Under the pieces are notes generated by a model that saw nothing but the letters and a program-made list of their open reading frames with translations, was not told where the DNA came from and made no database searches. Positions 62,735 through 64,000 of a stretch of DNA of 64,000 bases are shown here, one piece after another. Positions within the stretch are counted from its first letter, which is position 1, and each line of letters starts with the position of its first letter. The stretch is from Octopus sinensis (Eukaryota), in NCBI RefSeq assembly GCF_006345805.1, contig NC_043022.1:14570001-14634000 (forward strand). The letters are read 5' to 3'. The position numbers were made by a program, and so were the translations under genes.

Positions 62735-62776
62735 TCACATGGTCGAGCTGTAGAGAATCACTATTCCTTTGTTTAA
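38969..62776 (+). CDS. SH2B1: SH2B-family adaptor gene (PH + SH2), 5'-partial; six supported coding exons
   Basis: The exons splice in frame with canonical AG/GT sites and matching phases (0,2,1,1,0). The product contains [16 protein letters not shown] (SH2B PH signature), YPWFHG...[29 protein letters not shown]...[29 protein letters not shown] (SH2B SH2) and the terminal [10 protein letters not shown]. The symbol is a family-level label, since invertebrates typically have a single SH2B/Lnk gene. Confidence 0.93.
39708..39922 (-). mobile_element. SINE family B
   Basis: Reverse complement of the family B consensus. Confidence 0.8.
40452..40945 (-). mobile_element. Three tandem ~170-bp copies of the SINE A 5' half
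   Basis: GG(T/C)AGGCTTCTTTCAGTTTCCATTTG-like starts at ~40452, 40621 and 40790. Confidence 0.75.
41006..41127 (+). CDS. SH2B1: SH2B exon, end of PH domain ([40 protein letters not shown]), phase 0-2
   Basis: Poly-T + tccAG acceptor and AT|GTATGT donor. EYVVEA...WL..I matches the last strand and terminal Trp helix of the PH domain. Confidence 0.9.
42525..42912 (-). mobile_element. SINE family A
   Basis: Reverse complement of the consensus. Confidence 0.85.
43123..43175 (+). CDS. SH2B1: SH2B linker exon ((M)[17 protein letters not shown]), phase 2-1
   Basis: Long T tract + atAG acceptor, GAG|GTAATG donor. The 53 nt length exactly bridges phase 2 to phase 1. Confidence 0.8.
43415..43671 (-). 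mobile_element. CR1-type LINE 3' end with (TAAC)n tail
   Basis: Minus-strand translation [40 protein letters not shown] resembles the CR1 ORF2 C-terminus (F..RV...WN.LP). Further copies at 45191-45366 and 47398-47640. Confidence 0.75.
43672..43900. mobile_element. Second TTAA-bounded MITE family
   Basis: TTAA(A/C)CCTTTAG...CTAAAGGGTTAA ends. Related copies near 30124, 44340-44530, 44710-44846 and 52097-52544. Confidence 0.65.
44927..45141 (-). mobile_element. tRNA-headed short element ending in a degenerate hammerhead motif
   Basis: Minus strand: A-box TGGCGTAGTGG, B-box GTTCGATTC, then body, then TTGATGA-C-GGCTG..CAGCT-GAAACATT at 45007-44961. Confidence 0.65.
45150..45510 (+). mobile_element. 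Second, inverted copy of the same element, 5'-truncated and split by a CR1 fragment
   Basis: 45152-45190 matches the B-box half of the head; 45367-45510 is the reverse complement of ~44927-45058. Confidence 0.7.
45421..45467 (+). ncRNA. Putative minimal type I hammerhead ribozyme
   Basis: GACAC-CTGATGA-C-GGCTG-(loop)-CAGCC-GAAA-C-GTT-GTGTT: conserved core boxes, 5-bp helix II, 5-bp helix I, and palindromic AACGTT in place of helix III. Confidence 0.6.
45990..46395 (-). mobile_element. SINE family A
   Basis: Reverse complement of the consensus. Confidence 0.85.
47398..47640 (-). mobile_element. CR1-type LINE 3' end
   Basis: Homologous to 43415-43671. Confidence 0.75.
48320..48725 (+). mobile_element. 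SINE family A, full length
   Basis: Matches the consensus. Confidence 0.85.
51184..51540 (+). mobile_element. SINE family A
   Basis: Matches the consensus; inverted relative to the partial copy at ~50135-50410. Confidence 0.8.
52097..52544. mobile_element. TTAA MITE family 2 containing a nested family 1 MITE (52209-52437)
   Basis: The inner element is bounded by TTAA on both sides with CCCTTT/AAAGGG ends. Confidence 0.7.
54013..54213 (+). CDS. SH2B1: Probable SH2B linker exon ([10 protein letters not shown]...[12 protein letters not shown]...FEASL), phase 1-1
   Basis: ttgcAG acceptor, 201-nt stop-free CpG-rich frame, CTTG|GTTAGT donor. Phases match the flanking exons. No family motif recognised in it. 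Confidence 0.65.
55093..55325 (+). mobile_element. SINE family B
   Basis: Matches the family B consensus. Confidence 0.8.
55798..55999. mobile_element. hAT-type MITE (same family as 22228-22428, opposite orientation)
   Basis: CAGTG(G/C)TTTTCAA TIRs and a perfect 8-bp TSD CTTTAGGG (55790-55797 and 56000-56007). Confidence 0.9.
56269..56482. mobile_element. piggyBac-type TTAA MITE, monomer
   Basis: TTAACCCTTT...AAAAGGTTAA. Confidence 0.8.
57608..57810 (+). CDS. SH2B1: SH2B exon, N-terminal SH2 domain ([52 protein letters not shown]), phase 1-0
   Basis: FLVRQSE phosphotyrosine-binding motif, ttctAG acceptor, AAG|GTAGGT donor. Confidence 0.96.
58404..58636 (+). mobile_element. SINE family B, full length
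   Basis: AAAAGGCGGCGAGCTGG...GTAGTAAAGAAATAG. Confidence 0.85.
58660..59700 (-). mobile_element. RTE-clade LINE 5' fragment, AP-endonuclease domain
   Basis: The 267-aa ORF 58844-59647 has APE motifs [27 protein letters not shown] and QIDYIL. The frame degrades downstream and no RT follows. Confidence 0.9.
60468..60680 (-). mobile_element. SINE family B
   Basis: Reverse complement of the consensus. Confidence 0.8.
61162..61575. mobile_element. piggyBac-type TTAA MITE dimer (second unit truncated)
   Basis: Same units and near-identical 23-nt spacer (61392-61414) as at 29841-29863. Confidence 0.75.
61874..62776 (+). CDS. SH2B1: SH2B last coding exon: C-terminal SH2, Gly-rich and Gln-rich tracts, [10 protein letters not shown] stop
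   Basis: CT-rich tract + cAG acceptor; in-frame [40 protein letters not shown]; TAA at 62774-62776; overlaps the 297-aa ORF in the track. Confidence 0.96.
62654..62734 (+). repeat. Coding CAA/CAG repeat (Q11-LL-Q3-L-Q10)
   Basis: Direct translation within the last SH2B exon. Confidence 0.95.
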
Positions 62777-64000
62777 GGGGTCAGGAAACCTAAAAATGCA
62801 AGTGGGTTAGGGGAGAGTGGAGGTTTGGGAAAGGGGCAGGACGTGGCAGTTAGGGGTCAGCACATGGCTTTTCACATTCTCTTGTTACGGTTTTGTTTTG
62901 CTGTTACCCAGTGTTTGGTGGATCTGGGTTCAAACCCATCTGTCCGCATATTCACCCCTATCTTAATTTCCATCCTTACCAATTTCCTTTGAAATGAAAA
63001 GTAGGGCTACTAAAGTGTCGGGTCTACAAAATCAAATAAAGAAGAAAACAGTTCTTACGTGGCGCCCCAGCATGGCCACAAATCAATGACTAAAGTGAAA
63101 GATAAATGATACACATGATATACATGATAAATACACTAGGCCGAATCCGTCAATGTTATGGTCTTAAAAGTTTTATATTAAAATCAAATCTGAGCATAAT
63201 GTATGGTGGAGTGCGACTCAACTGTCTACACTCAACACCTCCCTCCTGCTTCCGCTTTCATCACGAGGAGGAGGAGAGGGTTCACTGCCCCCCCTGATTT
63301 ATAAACAAGAGTGGTGGACTGTTTTGAGTTTGAGTAGATAAAAGGACTGGGAACTGCCAGTTTGTGAGTTCAAGTCTGACGTAACCCACCTTTGTTACGT
63401 TTCTGGCTCAGTTGCTTTGATCCAGAATGGTTTGTCGTGGACGGAAGGATAGAAGGTTAACCCCTAAAAACTCATCGCGAGAAGAATGTTGGTTTTTTTT
63501 GGTTTTTTTCTTTAAGGAAATAGGATCTTACATTCACAGGCAATTCTATCAAAGTTAATTTGTTTCGCACTCCCCCCCCCCGCCCAGCACTTCCTCTCAG
63601 AGCAGTCCCTTGAGTTTGCTTCTGTATTCTCCCGCCCCACTCCAACCACCTGTATTAAGCATACACAGCTGACCCAAAAGTGCCCCAAACCTAAAAAGCA
63701 CCCCCCCCCCATTCCACCCTATGTGCCAAGTGTTTTCCTCTTAAGTCTATTCCTTTAGACCTGTTCTGGACACCCCAAACCCACACCTCATTTTTTTTTA
63801 GGACGGGGGGGGGCCCAGGGTTGTCCCTCACCTTGTCAAAACCCCCACCCCCCACTTAGACCTCGCATTGTTAACAAAGGGCAAGAACAAGTGGTGCCCC
63901 CTTTAACCCAGCTACTCGGCATCCTCAACCAGTCGAACAATCAGTCCTGTCAATTTCTAAATTAAATAACGAGCTAAAATAGCCACTGATTAATTAATAA

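Overview
This is repeat-dense eukaryotic DNA. The mix of tRNA-headed SINEs, RTE/CR1 LINE relics and very long TA/TG microsatellites suggests an octopus (coleoid cephalopod) genome; this is an inference. One protein-coding gene is well supported: a + strand SH2B-family adaptor (SH2B1/APS/Lnk-like). Its exons encode the C-terminal half of the PH domain (38969-39067, 41006-41127), a linker (43123-43175, 54013-54213), the SH2 domain (57608-57810) and a last exon (61874-62776) with poly-Gly and poly-Gln expansions, ending [10 protein letters not shown]. The splice phases of these exons chain correctly. The N-terminal exon(s) (Phe-zipper and first half of PH) are not in the window, so 1-38968 is probably one very large intron. 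The rest is two abundant SINE families, a third tRNA-SINE, RTE and CR1 fragments, hAT and piggyBac-type MITEs, and simple repeats. Nearly all ORFs in the supplied track are repeat artefacts. The most unusual items are (1) a tRNA-headed element ending in a minimal hammerhead-ribozyme motif, present as an inverted pair at 44927-45510; (2) a nested fold-back palindrome at 17869-18334; (3) a ~260-bp tandem array with tRNA-like A/B boxes at 27960-29300; and (4) three piggyBac-type MITE dimers sharing a near-identical 23-nt spacer. Repeat coordinates are approximate.
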